A stretch of 64,000 nt of DNA from Candidatus Fermentibacteraceae bacterium (GTDB taxonomy: Bacteria > Fermentibacterota > Fermentibacteria > Fermentibacterales > JCC-6): NCBI GenBank assembly GCA_041750285.1, contig JBGSZS010000004.1:256001-320000 (forward strand), given 5' to 3'. How positions within the stretch are numbered: position 1 is the stretch's first letter; each line of letters opens with the position of its first letter. Shown piece after piece: positions 18,766-28,172 of the stretch. The notes under the pieces are model-generated. The model saw nothing but the letters and a program-made list of their open reading frames with translations. It did not search any database and was not told the DNA's origin. The position numbers were made by a program, and so were the translations under genes.

Positions 18766-19451
18766 AACGACTCCCCCCTGGTCATGCGAAGAAAATAGCC
18801 AAGAAACAGAGCTCCCGCATCCCTTTCCGGGGCGGAGGCGAGAACGCGATCGATATCGATCCCGTGTTTCACGAACAGATCGCGGTCGAGAAGGAACTGC
18901 GCGTTCCCTGTTCGTGCGGAGAACTCGGGGTGAAACTGGGTACCCAGAATGCGCCTTTCCCGGTCGAGGAACGCCTGGATCCCCGAAACCGGGCTTCGCG
19001 CAAGCAGCACGGCCCCCTTGGGAGTGGCGGTGACTTCGTCGTAGTGGGACTGCCAGACGATTTCACTGTCCCTGGTTCCGGGCAGCCCCGGGGGAATGAT
19101 CTCGACGGGCAGCCACCCGATCTCGGGGCCGCGGGGGGCCCTTCCGACAGACCGTGTGCCCATCAGAGAAAGGCATATCAGTTGATGGCCGTAGCAGATA
19201 CCCAACTGGGGAATCCCTGCGCCCACGCAACGCTCGACAAGGCGGCAGGCTTGCCCGGTGAAACTCTGCTCGACGGTTATGGACAGGGCGCTTCCGGTGT
19301 GGATGACCCCGGAGTACGCGGTCGGATCCACTTCGGGGAAGGGAGTTGAAGGGGTTACCCTGGCGACCGGCGAGGGGAAGCCAAGCCTTTCGCCGATTGT
19401 GGCGCCGGACAGACCGTCCACGGAATAATCCACGATGAGAACCGGTTTCAA
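18762..19451 (-). CDS. Class I glutamine amidotransferase-like protein
   Basis: GICYGHQ nucleophile elbow, SHYD, QFHPE. TTG start with a GGGAG RBS; the stop overlaps the pepD ATG. Confidence 0.85.
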   Translation of the reverse strand: MKPVLIVDYSVDGLSGATIGERLGFPSPVARVTPSTPFPEVDPTAYSGVIHTGSALSITVEQSFTGQACRLVERCVGAGIPQLGICYGHQLICLSLMGTRSVGRAPRGPEIGWLPVEIIPPGLPGTRDSEIVWQSHYDEVTATPKGAVLLARSPVSGIQAFLDRERRILGTQFHPEFSARTGNAQFLLDRDLFVKHGIDIDRVLASAPERDAGALFLGYFLRMTRGESL

Positions 19452-19512
19452 GGCAACTCCCGTCTGTGATGGGCTTAACATACAACGCGGACACCGGGCT
19501 ATAATAGCGATC

Positions 19513-20505
19513 ATGAAAAGCATCCTGTCACGTTTTTTAAGAAGGACCCACAGGTTTCCGGGAATCGCCCTCCGGGACAGACGCCGTCATCTGGTTGTCC
19601 GGATGGACACGACCAACCACTGCAATCTCAGGTGCTCCATGTGCCCGATGCGCTTCGCCGACACCGATCCCGACCGGAAGTGGCTCCACATGGATGAGGG
19701 ACTCTTCGAGAAGATCAGGCTTCAGGTGTTCCCCCTCGCCTCGATGGTCAGCATTTCGTGCGGCGCCGAACCTTTCTGCAATCCCCGCATTGGCGCTCAC
19801 CTCAGGGCGCTTTGCGAGTCGGGAGTTCCCGCCAGGGAGATGGTGACAAACGGAACCCTGCTCGACCGCGACAGGATCGCCCTTCTGGTGAAGTACCCAC
19901 CGACTACGCTGTTCGTATCCATAGACGGGGCCAGGCCCGGGACCCACGCTGCGATCCGGGGAGGAGCCGACCTTGAAAGGATAGTCGGGAACCTTGAAAC
20001 CCTGATCGCGGTCAGGGGGAAAAGACGGTTCCCGATGCTCGCATTCAGCACTACCCTCCAGAGGGACAACCTTGCCGAGATACCCGACCTCGTGGAACTG
20101 GCCGCCCGGGTCGGTGCGCGCACGCTGGGGCTGGTTCCACTGGTGCCCTACAAGGGGCTCGCCACGCTCGACAGCGTTGTCGATCCCGGATCAGGGCCGG
20201 TTATGGCCATCCTGGAAGAAGCCGGGATCAGGGCGAAAAGGCTCGGGATCTCCCTTGAGATGTCCTGCGGAGATGTCAGGGAACCGGCGGCGCAGTGCCC
20301 CTATCTTGCCTCAACGGTGTATCTGGCCCCCGACGGCGCTGTTTTCCCGTGCCCGTACTGGAACACGGGAAACCCGATAGGCGACCTCACGAAGGAGGAC
20401 TTCGGCCCGGTATGGAAGCGCAGGTTCGACGCCTTGACGGAAAGCACGTGCAGGGACTGTCCCGAGGTCAATTCGCGGCGCAGGGAGATCACCAAGGACC
20501 ATTGA
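19513..20505 (+). CDS. Radical SAM protein with SPASM/twitch domain
   Basis: CNLRCSMC, GAEP, TNGTLL, SIDG; C-terminal CPY...DGAVFPC...CRDC. Confidence 0.9.
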   Translation: MKSILSRFLRRTHRFPGIALRDRRRHLVVRMDTTNHCNLRCSMCPMRFADTDPDRKWLHMDEGLFEKIRLQVFPLASMVSISCGAEPFCNPRIGAHLRALCESGVPAREMVTNGTLLDRDRIALLVKYPPTTLFVSIDGARPGTHAAIRGGADLERIVGNLETLIAVRGKRRFPMLAFSTTLQRDNLAEIPDLVELAARVGARTLGLVPLVPYKGLATLDSVVDPGSGPVMAILEEAGIRAKRLGISLEMSCGDVREPAAQCPYLASTVYLAPDGAVFPCPYWNTGNPIGDLTKEDFGPVWKRRFDALTESTCRDCPEVNSRRREITKDH

Positions 20506-20513
20506 CGGGGTGT

Positions 20514-21023
20514 TCAGGGAAACGAAGTCATCCCCATGAAACTCTCGGCCAGCCACATATCGTCCTCCCGGACGAAAACCGCCTGCTGTGCCATCATGGT
20601 TCCCGCCATGTTCTCGAACATGAGGAATACATCGGCCCGTCTTCCCTGGACACTGATGGAATCCACAGTCATGGTGAACGGCGTGTACCTTCCATACATG
20701 ATGGGAAGCTCGAGGGTCGCGGTGAGGTATTCGACAGTGCTCCAGCCTCTTATGTCTCCCGCTTCCGCCTGGTAACCCGCGGTCTCAAGCCTCAGCAGGA
20801 CCGATTCGTCGTTTCGCCTGATGCCTTCGCGGATCGACTGGAACGTGAGATCGACCTGATTCATGGCTGCTTCGGAGTAAAGGGCTGCGGCGTCTTCTCC
20901 CCTGGCTTCCCGCAGGGCGGCGAAAAATGACTCGACCGCCGTCTGAACGGCCAGTTCCTCCTCGGATTGCCCGAACACCGCAGAGAAAGATGTAAGAAGC
21001 ACGAACAACAGTACCGCCTTCAA
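20514..21023 (-). CDS. Hypothetical exported protein (NTF2-like C-terminus possible)
   Basis: TTG start after GAGGGGG; signal peptide LKAVLLFVLLTSFSAVFG; FVREDDMW end. Confidence 0.6.
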   Translation of the reverse strand: MKAVLLFVLLTSFSAVFGQSEEELAVQTAVESFFAALREARGEDAAALYSEAAMNQVDLTFQSIREGIRRNDESVLLRLETAGYQAEAGDIRGWSTVEYLTATLELPIMYGRYTPFTMTVDSISVQGRRADVFLMFENMAGTMMAQQAVFVREDDMWLAESFMGMTSFP

Positions 21024-21092
21024 GGGGCACCCCCTCACCGGGTTGCTTCTTTCTTTCCGGATAATAGGCGGTGGAAGGGATCGAGGCAACCC

Positions 21093-22316
21093 CTACCCAC
21101 CCGTGTTTTCACCCCATACGGCAATGGTATTGAGAAGAATCTCCAGCGATTTTTCAAGCCCTTGTACCGCAAGCCACTCCCTGCGTGAGTGGAACAAGCC
21201 GCCGCCCGTGGGAAGGTTGACCGTGGGCACCCCCATGAAACTGAGCCTCGACCCGTCCGTGCCTCCCCTGATGCTGGTTTCGTCCGGGATCAGACCCGCC
21301 CTCTCCGTTCCCAGCATGGCGTAGTCGACAAGTCTTCTGTCGGCCCTTAGCGTTTCCCGGGGGTTCGAGTACTGGTTCTTTATCGAAAGCTCGATGACGG
21401 CCCTCTCATGCTTCTCCGAAAGAAAACGGTGCAGCGAGTGCATCCTGTGAACCCTTGCCGAAAGCCCTTCGGCTGTGAAATCCCTGATTATCATCTGCAC
21501 GTCTGCGCCCCCGGTATCCCCCGAGATCTCCATCGGGTACTCGAAACCCTCCTCCCCCGAGCTGTTCTCGGGCATCTCTTCCGGTTTGAGCATCGAGACG
21601 AGCTCGGCCGCAATCCTCACGGGATTCACCAGCCTGCCGCAGGCGCTGCCCGGGTGAACCTCGATCCCGGTTATCCTCCAGTCGGCCCTGCAGGCGTTGA
21701 AGGTCGCGCTGTCGACCGAACCCGGCTGCTCGCCGTCAATCGTGTAGGCGAAGTCGGCGCCGAACCTTTCGGTGCTGAAATTGTCCATTCCGCGGCCAAC
21801 CTCTTCGTCGGCCGTGAAGGCCACCGAAATCCGGGGTCTTTTCATCTGCGGGTTCTCCATCATCCGGCGGACGGCCTCCATGATTATGGCGATTCCCGCC
21901 TTGTCGTCGGCGCCAAGCAGGGTGGTTCCATCTGAGGTGATGATGGTCCCGCCCTTGTACTGCTCGATCCGGGGGCACTCGCGGGGGTCGAGGACCACCC
22001 CCCCGGCAATGCGGATAGGCGAGCCGTCCCAGTCGCCGTGCAGCACCGGCCTGACCCCGTGGCCCGAAACGGCGGGAGCGGTGTCGACATGTGCCATGAG
22101 CCCAATGGTTACGTCCCCCATACCTCCCGGCAGGGAACCGTACACAACTCCTTCCCCCTCGGCGTGAACCACCATGAGCCCCATCTCGACAAGCTCGTCC
22201 CGAAGCAGTGCGAGAAGATCGTTCTGCCCCGGCGTGGATGGAACCGAAAAACTCGAGGGATCGCTCCGGGTGTCGATCTCGGCGTATCTGAGGAAACGGC
22301 GGACCAGGTCGTTCAT
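21093..22316 (-). CDS. pepT: Peptidase T
   Basis: RFLRYAEIDT, PSTPGQ, AHVDT, LLGADDKAG, DEEVGRG, HPGSA, IRGGTDG, FHS. Confidence 0.95.
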   Translation of the reverse strand: MNDLVRRFLRYAEIDTRSDPSSFSVPSTPGQNDLLALLRDELVEMGLMVVHAEGEGVVYGSLPGGMGDVTIGLMAHVDTAPAVSGHGVRPVLHGDWDGSPIRIAGGVVLDPRECPRIEQYKGGTIITSDGTTLLGADDKAGIAIIMEAVRRMMENPQMKRPRISVAFTADEEVGRGMDNFSTERFGADFAYTIDGEQPGSVDSATFNACRADWRITGIEVHPGSACGRLVNPVRIAAELVSMLKPEEMPENSSGEEGFEYPMEISGDTGGADVQMIIRDFTAEGLSARVHRMHSLHRFLSEKHERAVIELSIKNQYSNPRETLRADRRLVDYAMLGTERAGLIPDETSIRGGTDGSRLSFMGVPTVNLPTGGGLFHSRREWLAVQGLEKSLEILLNTIAVWGENTGG

Positions 22317-22393
22317 CACTGCCCTCCCATTGATCGCAATTCGTTCCAGACCGTGCAATCACTATAATACGACCTGCGCAACGGGAGAGAAAA

Positions 22394-23122
22394 ATGAAGA
22401 CCTTCCTCACACTGACGGACACGGCCAAGTGCCTCGGGATGAGCCTGCAGGAGGCCTCCCGTGAGATCGGCAGGGCCGGCCTTGAAACCGTGCAGTTCCA
22501 GGGCCGGAAATGCTACCTCAGGTCCGACATACTGGACTGGCTCACACGTGAGTTCGGAAGCCTCGCCGCCGACCGTCTGGCCCTGGCCGAGCAGTCAAAC
22601 GCCGAAACAGCAGGCATCGACTCAAGGGCCCTGCTGATGACTGAAATGCTATCAGGGAACATCGTGGTGCCTGAGAGGGTCGGCACAAGGAGCAGCATGC
22701 TCAGGCTCATGGCCTCCGAGGCATGCGGAACCGGCGCCCTGTATGACGAATCGGCGCTGCTCGAGCAGATCATCCTGCGCGAGGAAGCCGCATCGACGGC
22801 GCTCAGGTGCGGCGCGGCGCTGGTGCACCCGCTCGATGTCCGGAAGCTCTTCGTCGAACACAGCCTTCTGATGCTCTTCCGGCCGCCTCATCCGCTGCCG
22901 TTCGGGGAGGAGACGGGAAGGCTGACCTCGCTTTTCTTCCTCCTCGTATTCCCTTCAGCGAACGAGCACCTTCACATGCTTGCCAGGCTGAACAGGATGC
23001 TCAGGCTGCCGGGTTTCGTTGACAACCTCCTTTCCGCCGGAGGGCCGGCGGAAATGCTTGACATAGTTAAGGAACGCGAGCGGGAGCTTCGCGAACCATT
23101 GAGGAAGGGGGATTCCCGTTGA
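22394..23122 (+). CDS. Excisionase-type HTH fused to a PTS EIIA(2) domain
   Basis: N-terminal FLTLTDTAKCLGMS...RSDILDWL; REEAAST, ALVHP (phospho-His), HLHMLARL. Confidence 0.8.
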   Translation: MKTFLTLTDTAKCLGMSLQEASREIGRAGLETVQFQGRKCYLRSDILDWLTREFGSLAADRLALAEQSNAETAGIDSRALLMTEMLSGNIVVPERVGTRSSMLRLMASEACGTGALYDESALLEQIILREEAASTALRCGAALVHPLDVRKLFVEHSLLMLFRPPHPLPFGEETGRLTSLFFLLVFPSANEHLHMLARLNRMLRLPGFVDNLLSAGGPAEMLDIVKERERELREPLRKGDSR

Positions 23123-24042
23123 GTTCCTTTTCAGGCAGAAGCATCATCTCCCTGAGGGACATGTCGGTTTCAGAGCTCTGGCGGATCGTGGAGGTATCGG
23201 GGGAGGTAAAATCGGGAAAGCACCCCGGTCTCCTCTCCGGACTGGCGGTTGCATCTCTGTTCTTCGAGCCGTCGACACGCACCAGGCTCAGCTTTGAATC
23301 CGCAGTACTGAAGGGGGGCGGGACCGTTTTCGGCTTCGCCGATCCCGGTTCATCATCGCAGAAGAAGGGCGAGTCTTTCGCGGACAGCGTCAGGACTGTC
23401 ACAGGTTACTGCGACGCCATGGTCATAAGGCATCCTGTCGAGGGTGCCGCGAGACTGGCTTCCGAGCTGTCATCCGTCCCGGTCATCAACGCAGGCGACG
23501 GCTCCAATCAGCACCCAACCCAGACATTCCTCGACCTTTTCACGATCTTCGAAAGCGTCGGAAGGCTGGAAGGTCTTTGCGTGGGCCTGATGGGTGATCT
23601 CAAGTACGGCCGCACCGTCCACTCCCTCGCCCATGCAATGGCCCTTTTCGGCGCCAGGATGGTTTTCATCTCCCCCTCTTCCCTGGCCATGCCTCCCCAT
23701 GTTCTCACTGAACTTGCCGAGTCGGGAGTATCTTTCAGGATAGTCTCCTCACCGGAAGAGGCGCAGGACTCCGAGATGGATGTCCTTTACGTCACCAGGA
23801 TACAGAAGGAGCGTTTCGGCGATCCTCAGGAGTATGAGAGCGTCGCCCACAGCTACAGGGTCACACGTGAAACGGTGGCCGTCCTGGGTGACTCCATCAG
23901 GATCATGCACCCGCTTCCACGGGTAGACGAGATAGCCGAGGAGGTCGATTCCCTTCCCAACGCCATCTACTTCCGCCAGGCCCACAACGGGATCCCCACC
24001 CGTCAGGCGCTGCTGGGGCTGGTTACCGGAGGAATCTCATGA
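23119..24042 (+). CDS. pyrB: Aspartate carbamoyltransferase catalytic subunit
   Basis: FFEPSTRTRLSFE, INAGDG..QHPTQ, GDLKYGRT, TRIQKER, MHPLPR. Confidence 0.98.
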   Translation: MSSFSGRSIISLRDMSVSELWRIVEVSGEVKSGKHPGLLSGLAVASLFFEPSTRTRLSFESAVLKGGGTVFGFADPGSSSQKKGESFADSVRTVTGYCDAMVIRHPVEGAARLASELSSVPVINAGDGSNQHPTQTFLDLFTIFESVGRLEGLCVGLMGDLKYGRTVHSLAHAMALFGARMVFISPSSLAMPPHVLTELAESGVSFRIVSSPEEAQDSEMDVLYVTRIQKERFGDPQEYESVAHSYRVTRETVAVLGDSIRIMHPLPRVDEIAEEVDSLPNAIYFRQAHNGIPTRQALLGLVTGGIS

Positions 24043-24506
24043 GCGACAGGGTTTACAAGGTTTACGCCATCGAAAACGGAACCGTGATCGACCACATCCC
24101 CACCCCCATGGCGCTGAAGGTCGTTGAGATACTCGGCATAGGGAGTGGCGGGGTCTTCACCATCGGAGTCGGGTTCCAGTCCAAGAGGCTTCCGGGAGGA
24201 AAGGACATCCTCAAGATCGAGAACAGGGTCCTCTCCAGAAACGAGACCGACATAATCTCCCTCATCGCGCCGAACGCAACCATCAACATCATCAGGGAGG
24301 GCAGGGTTCAGGAGAAAAGGCGCATATCACTCCCCGAATCCATCACCGGGGTCATGCTGTGCCCCAATCCAAACTGCGCCACGAACATGCTCGGCGCCCA
24401 GCGCAGGTTCCGCCTCGAAAACCGAAGCCAGGTTACGTACAGGTGCCAGTACTGTGAACGGGTTACGGGCATAGTGAGCGAAAACCTGGTCAGCCCGGAA
24501 AAATGA
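24039..24506 (+). CDS. pyrI: Aspartate carbamoyltransferase regulatory subunit
   Basis: IENGTVIDHI, KDILKIE, CPNPNC...CQYC. Confidence 0.96.
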   Translation: MSDRVYKVYAIENGTVIDHIPTPMALKVVEILGIGSGGVFTIGVGFQSKRLPGGKDILKIENRVLSRNETDIISLIAPNATINIIREGRVQEKRRISLPESITGVMLCPNPNCATNMLGAQRRFRLENRSQVTYRCQYCERVTGIVSENLVSPEK

Positions 24507-25990
24507 GCGCCAGAACTGCCCTGCCGTGGCTTTTGTGCTTCGGGGTGGCGGCTTCCCTTGCACTGATCTGGTTCGGGTCGGTGCCCCTTTTCGGCGATGA
24601 GATAGGATACGGCTACTCAGCCGCCAGCTGGATCGCACGCAACTCGCTTGCCCTGGTTCCGGCCGGCACCGGGAGGGGTGAGATGGGCCAGGGGCATCCC
24701 GCCATGTTCCTCTGGCTTTGGGCCCTGTTGATGCGCGTTTTCGGCGATACGCTTGCGACGGCGCGGATACTTCCCACAATCGCTGCGGGTTTCGGCCTTC
24801 TGGGCACATATGGATTGGGAAGGGAGCTCTCCGGTTCGGCGAGAGTCGGTACAATGGCCGCGCTCGGCCTTCTGGCGAGCCCCCTGTTCCTCGCACAGGC
24901 ATTCCGAGCCCTGCCGGACACGGCCCACATGGCGGCCATTGCCTGGGCAACCGTTTTCTATATCAGGGGCAGGCGCCTGAAGGCCGCCCTCCTGATTGCC
25001 CTTGCAGCTGTCTTTCGCCAGCCCGGGCTGATACTCGCGGCGGCATTTTTCCTTACGGACCTTCTTTCCACAAGGAAGCTGCGGCCGGGGCTGCTGATAT
25101 GGCTGTTACCCCTGGCGGTGCCGCTGGTCAACGGCCTGATGCACCTCTCGGTGAACGGCTTTTTCGTTTTTCCGCAGTACCTGGGAGCGAGCTCTCCCGA
25201 ACTCCATCCGAACTGGCTCACCGAGAGGATTCGCCTGTTCTCCGGTCATCTCCTCGGCGAGGACTTCCGCTGGTTTCCCATCTCCGCTGCCCTGGCGTAT
25301 TCCTTCCATCGCGCGGGACGAAGACCGGGAATCGGCTTCATTGCCGCACTGGCGCTGCCGGCCCTGCTGCACCCCCCCAGCAGGCTCGCTGTGACAGCGG
25401 GGTTCCTCCTGCTTCTCGGCGTTCTGCTGCTTGTCGAAAGAAGGCCGCCCAGGGCAGCAGTGACGGCCCAGATCCTCTTCATAGGCCTGATCGTTGCATT
25501 CCACATTCTGCTCGTGGCCGTGGGACCCGATCCGTTCCTCAACCTTTTCCGTTACGTACTGGGAACCTATCCTCCGCTGATGGCCCTTCTTGCAACGGCT
25601 CTACAGAAGGCCGGGAAAGCGGTTTCATCGTTCATATGGATCCTGTTCTGCGTTGCTTCGGCGACGTGCATCACCGCGGTCAGACACCCCTGGCAGCCCG
25701 ACGCAACGGTTGCCGGTCTTCTCGAAGCAAGGGCGGTGCGTTCCGCGCTGGCATCGGTGGAGAACCCCGTCCATCCCGACGACAGGATAGTGACCAACCC
25801 GGCCCTCGGGTATGTTGACGAGCCGCTGGTAACCGGGCAGTCCGGCGTGATCAACCTGATAATCCTGACCGCCGACAACCACTTGTGCCGGGATCTCCTG
25901 CCCCGGGGGTACGTTTTCACCGGCAACACGAACTACAGGTGGGCGCTTGGAGGGCTCTCGGTCACGGCTCACGAGGCCCGTCCTCAGTGA
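24503..25990 (+). CDS. GT-C fold glycosyltransferase (ArnT/PMT_2-like)
   Basis: GDE after the first TM, HPAMF, FGD..ATAR, about 12 TM helices, FRY; ATGA overlap with pyrI. Confidence 0.7.
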   Translation: MSARTALPWLLCFGVAASLALIWFGSVPLFGDEIGYGYSAASWIARNSLALVPAGTGRGEMGQGHPAMFLWLWALLMRVFGDTLATARILPTIAAGFGLLGTYGLGRELSGSARVGTMAALGLLASPLFLAQAFRALPDTAHMAAIAWATVFYIRGRRLKAALLIALAAVFRQPGLILAAAFFLTDLLSTRKLRPGLLIWLLPLAVPLVNGLMHLSVNGFFVFPQYLGASSPELHPNWLTERIRLFSGHLLGEDFRWFPISAALAYSFHRAGRRPGIGFIAALALPALLHPPSRLAVTAGFLLLLGVLLLVERRPPRAAVTAQILFIGLIVAFHILLVAVGPDPFLNLFRYVLGTYPPLMALLATALQKAGKAVSSFIWILFCVASATCITAVRHPWQPDATVAGLLEARAVRSALASVENPVHPDDRIVTNPALGYVDEPLVTGQSGVINLIILTADNHLCRDLLPRGYVFTGNTNYRWALGGLSVTAHEARPQ

Positions 25991-27384
25991 GGTGCACCCT
26001 TCTCCACCCGCCAAGACCCGGTTCCAGCAACACCGTTCCGCCCATCGGCCTGCTGATCCTCGCCGCGGTACTCGAAGAGCACGGGCATGAGGTTACCCTG
26101 GTGGACGCCGCCCTCACCGGGGTCACCGGCTCCTCCCTCGTGCGCAAGGTTCTGGATTCCGGGCCCGGAGCCCTTCTGATAACTGCCTTCTCCAGCGATG
26201 TCTCTGTTCTGCGGGTGGAACTGCCGAAGCTCAGGCTTGCCCTCGGGCCGGTCCCCTTCCTTCTGGGAGGGCCGCATGCGTCCTGCCGCGGAACCGCCTC
26301 CTTCGACGACCTTCCCGAGGTTGACGCCATCTTTCTTGGCGAGGCGGAAGAGACCCTCCCCCGGTTTCTGTCCGGAGAAGCCTCTCGGATACCCGGAGTG
26401 GTGAGCAGAAACGATCCCTGGCAGACCGAACCGGTCCACCTCAATGATCTTTCCCTGCTCCCGACCCCGGCATGGCATCACGCACCCCCGGAAAGGTACA
26501 GGGGGCTCCCGAACGGCGTGGTGCTCAAAAGGCTGCCCTTCGCCCCCATTATCACAACAAGGGGATGTCCGTACCTTTGCACGTTCTGCGCGGGATTCCG
26601 CATCACAGGCAGAAAGATAAGGCACAGGCCGCTTTCAAGGGTCTGGGACGAGATCGGGCTGCTCGTGGACCGGTTCGGGGTTCGCGAGATCCACATCGAG
26701 GACGACAACTTCACCTTCGAAGCCGACTACGCGAAGCAGTTCTGCCGGGAAGCCCTTGCCAGGAACCTTCCGGTGTGTTTTTCTACACCCAACGGCGTGA
26801 GGCTCGACAGCCTCGACGACGAACTGCTCGACCTGATGAAGCGTGCCGGATGGTACGTTGTCCACTGCGGGATCGAGTCAGGGTCCGACAGGGTTCTCAG
26901 GTCCGTCCGGAAGGCTCTTTCCACATCTCTCATCGCAGAGAAGATAGCCATGATAAAAAAGCATGGGCTGCCGGTTGCGGGGTACTTCATCATCGGGCTT
27001 CCGGGGGAGACCAGGGAAGACATTGAAAGAACCATTTCCTTCTCCCTCTCATCCGGACTCGATTGGGCCCAGTTCGCGAACTTCCTTCCCATACCGGGCT
27101 CCGAGGCGGGAGCGAACTGGTTCGACGCCTGCGAGAAGCCCGAACTGGTCTGGAGCGTTTTTCACAATACGAGCTGCCCCGCCCCCCCTTCAGGTCTTTC
27201 CGCACGCGAGGTACTCAGGCTTCAGAGAAAGGCCTTTCTGCGATTCTACCTCCGGGGCCGTCAGCTCGCGGGCGTGCTTCGTCAACTCGTGAGACCGGGA
27301 GTCCTGCCGTTCATGACACGAAGGTTCCTCGCCTATCTGCACCTGCGCCCCTCCGCTGTTGACCCCCCATCGCGTCTGAAGTAG
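25987..27384 (+). CDS. Cobalamin-binding radical SAM protein
   Basis: PPIGL, GGPHAS, GEAE, TRGCPYLCTFC, DDNF, GIESG, IIGLPGET; GTGA overlap. Confidence 0.92.
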   Translation: MRCTLLHPPRPGSSNTVPPIGLLILAAVLEEHGHEVTLVDAALTGVTGSSLVRKVLDSGPGALLITAFSSDVSVLRVELPKLRLALGPVPFLLGGPHASCRGTASFDDLPEVDAIFLGEAEETLPRFLSGEASRIPGVVSRNDPWQTEPVHLNDLSLLPTPAWHHAPPERYRGLPNGVVLKRLPFAPIITTRGCPYLCTFCAGFRITGRKIRHRPLSRVWDEIGLLVDRFGVREIHIEDDNFTFEADYAKQFCREALARNLPVCFSTPNGVRLDSLDDELLDLMKRAGWYVVHCGIESGSDRVLRSVRKALSTSLIAEKIAMIKKHGLPVAGYFIIGLPGETREDIERTISFSLSSGLDWAQFANFLPIPGSEAGANWFDACEKPELVWSVFHNTSCPAPPSGLSAREVLRLQRKAFLRFYLRGRQLAGVLRQLVRPGVLPFMTRRFLAYLHLRPSAVDPPSRLK

Positions 27385-27393
27385 CTTCGAAGC

Positions 27394-28092
27394 ATGATTC
27401 AAGGCAAATCCGTAACCCTTGTGATCCCCGCCCACAACGAGGAGGAGGGGTTGCCCTGCGTTCTGGGGGCCGTGCCCGGCTGCGTCGACGAAGTCGTGGT
27501 GGTTGACAACTGCTCCACCGACAAAACCGCCGAGGTTGCCAGGGGGTTCGGCTGCACCGTTGTGTACCAGCCTGAAAAAGGTTACGGAAGCGCGTACATG
27601 GCCGGGTTTGCGGCGGTCAGGACAGATCTTGTGACAACGGCCGACGCCGACGGGACATATCCGGTCAACATGATACCCGACCTTGCGAAGGTGCTTCTCG
27701 AAGACGACCTCCATTTCATAAGCGCCCGCAGGCGTCCCGATGATCACGCCGGAACGGTTAACAGCACACTTCGTTTCACGGGTAACTTCATTCTCTCGGC
27801 AGCCACAGTGGTGCTCTTCCAGAGGATGATCCTCGACAGCCAGTCCGGCATGTGGATTTTCAGAAGGGAGATCCTCGACGGCATAACCCTTACCAGCAGG
27901 GGTATGGCGCTGTCCGAGGAGTTCAAGATCAGGGCCTGGACAAAACCGGGGCTCCGCTGCCGCGAGGTCGACATCCCATTCAGCTATTCCGAGAGGATGG
28001 GAAAACCCAAACTCAACCTCTGGAGGGACGGCGCCAGGAACCTTCTGTTCCTTCTCGCCCTCAGGTTCGGCATTCCCATGACAAAGGCCTGA
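27394..28092 (+). CDS. Glycosyltransferase family 2 (polyprenol-phosphate/DPM1-like)
   Basis: VIPAHNEE, VDNCSTD, GYGSA, DADGTY, DSQSG, R.G..KL..WRDG. Confidence 0.92.
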   Translation: MIQGKSVTLVIPAHNEEEGLPCVLGAVPGCVDEVVVVDNCSTDKTAEVARGFGCTVVYQPEKGYGSAYMAGFAAVRTDLVTTADADGTYPVNMIPDLAKVLLEDDLHFISARRRPDDHAGTVNSTLRFTGNFILSAATVVLFQRMILDSQSGMWIFRREILDGITLTSRGMALSEEFKIRAWTKPGLRCREVDIPFSYSERMGKPKLNLWRDGARNLLFLLALRFGIPMTKA

Positions 28093-28117
28093 CGCGAAGG
28101 GCCTGACACCGGAATAC

Positions 28118-28152
28118 AAAAAAGCGAAGGGGCGGGCAGATGCCCGCCCCTT
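28118..28152 (-). terminator. Rho-independent terminator between convergent genes
   Basis: AAGGGGCGGGC-AGAT-GCCCGCCCCTT hairpin with a T-run on the minus strand. Confidence 0.75.
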
Positions 28153-28172
28153 GAACGTTGTGGTCTAGGTGG

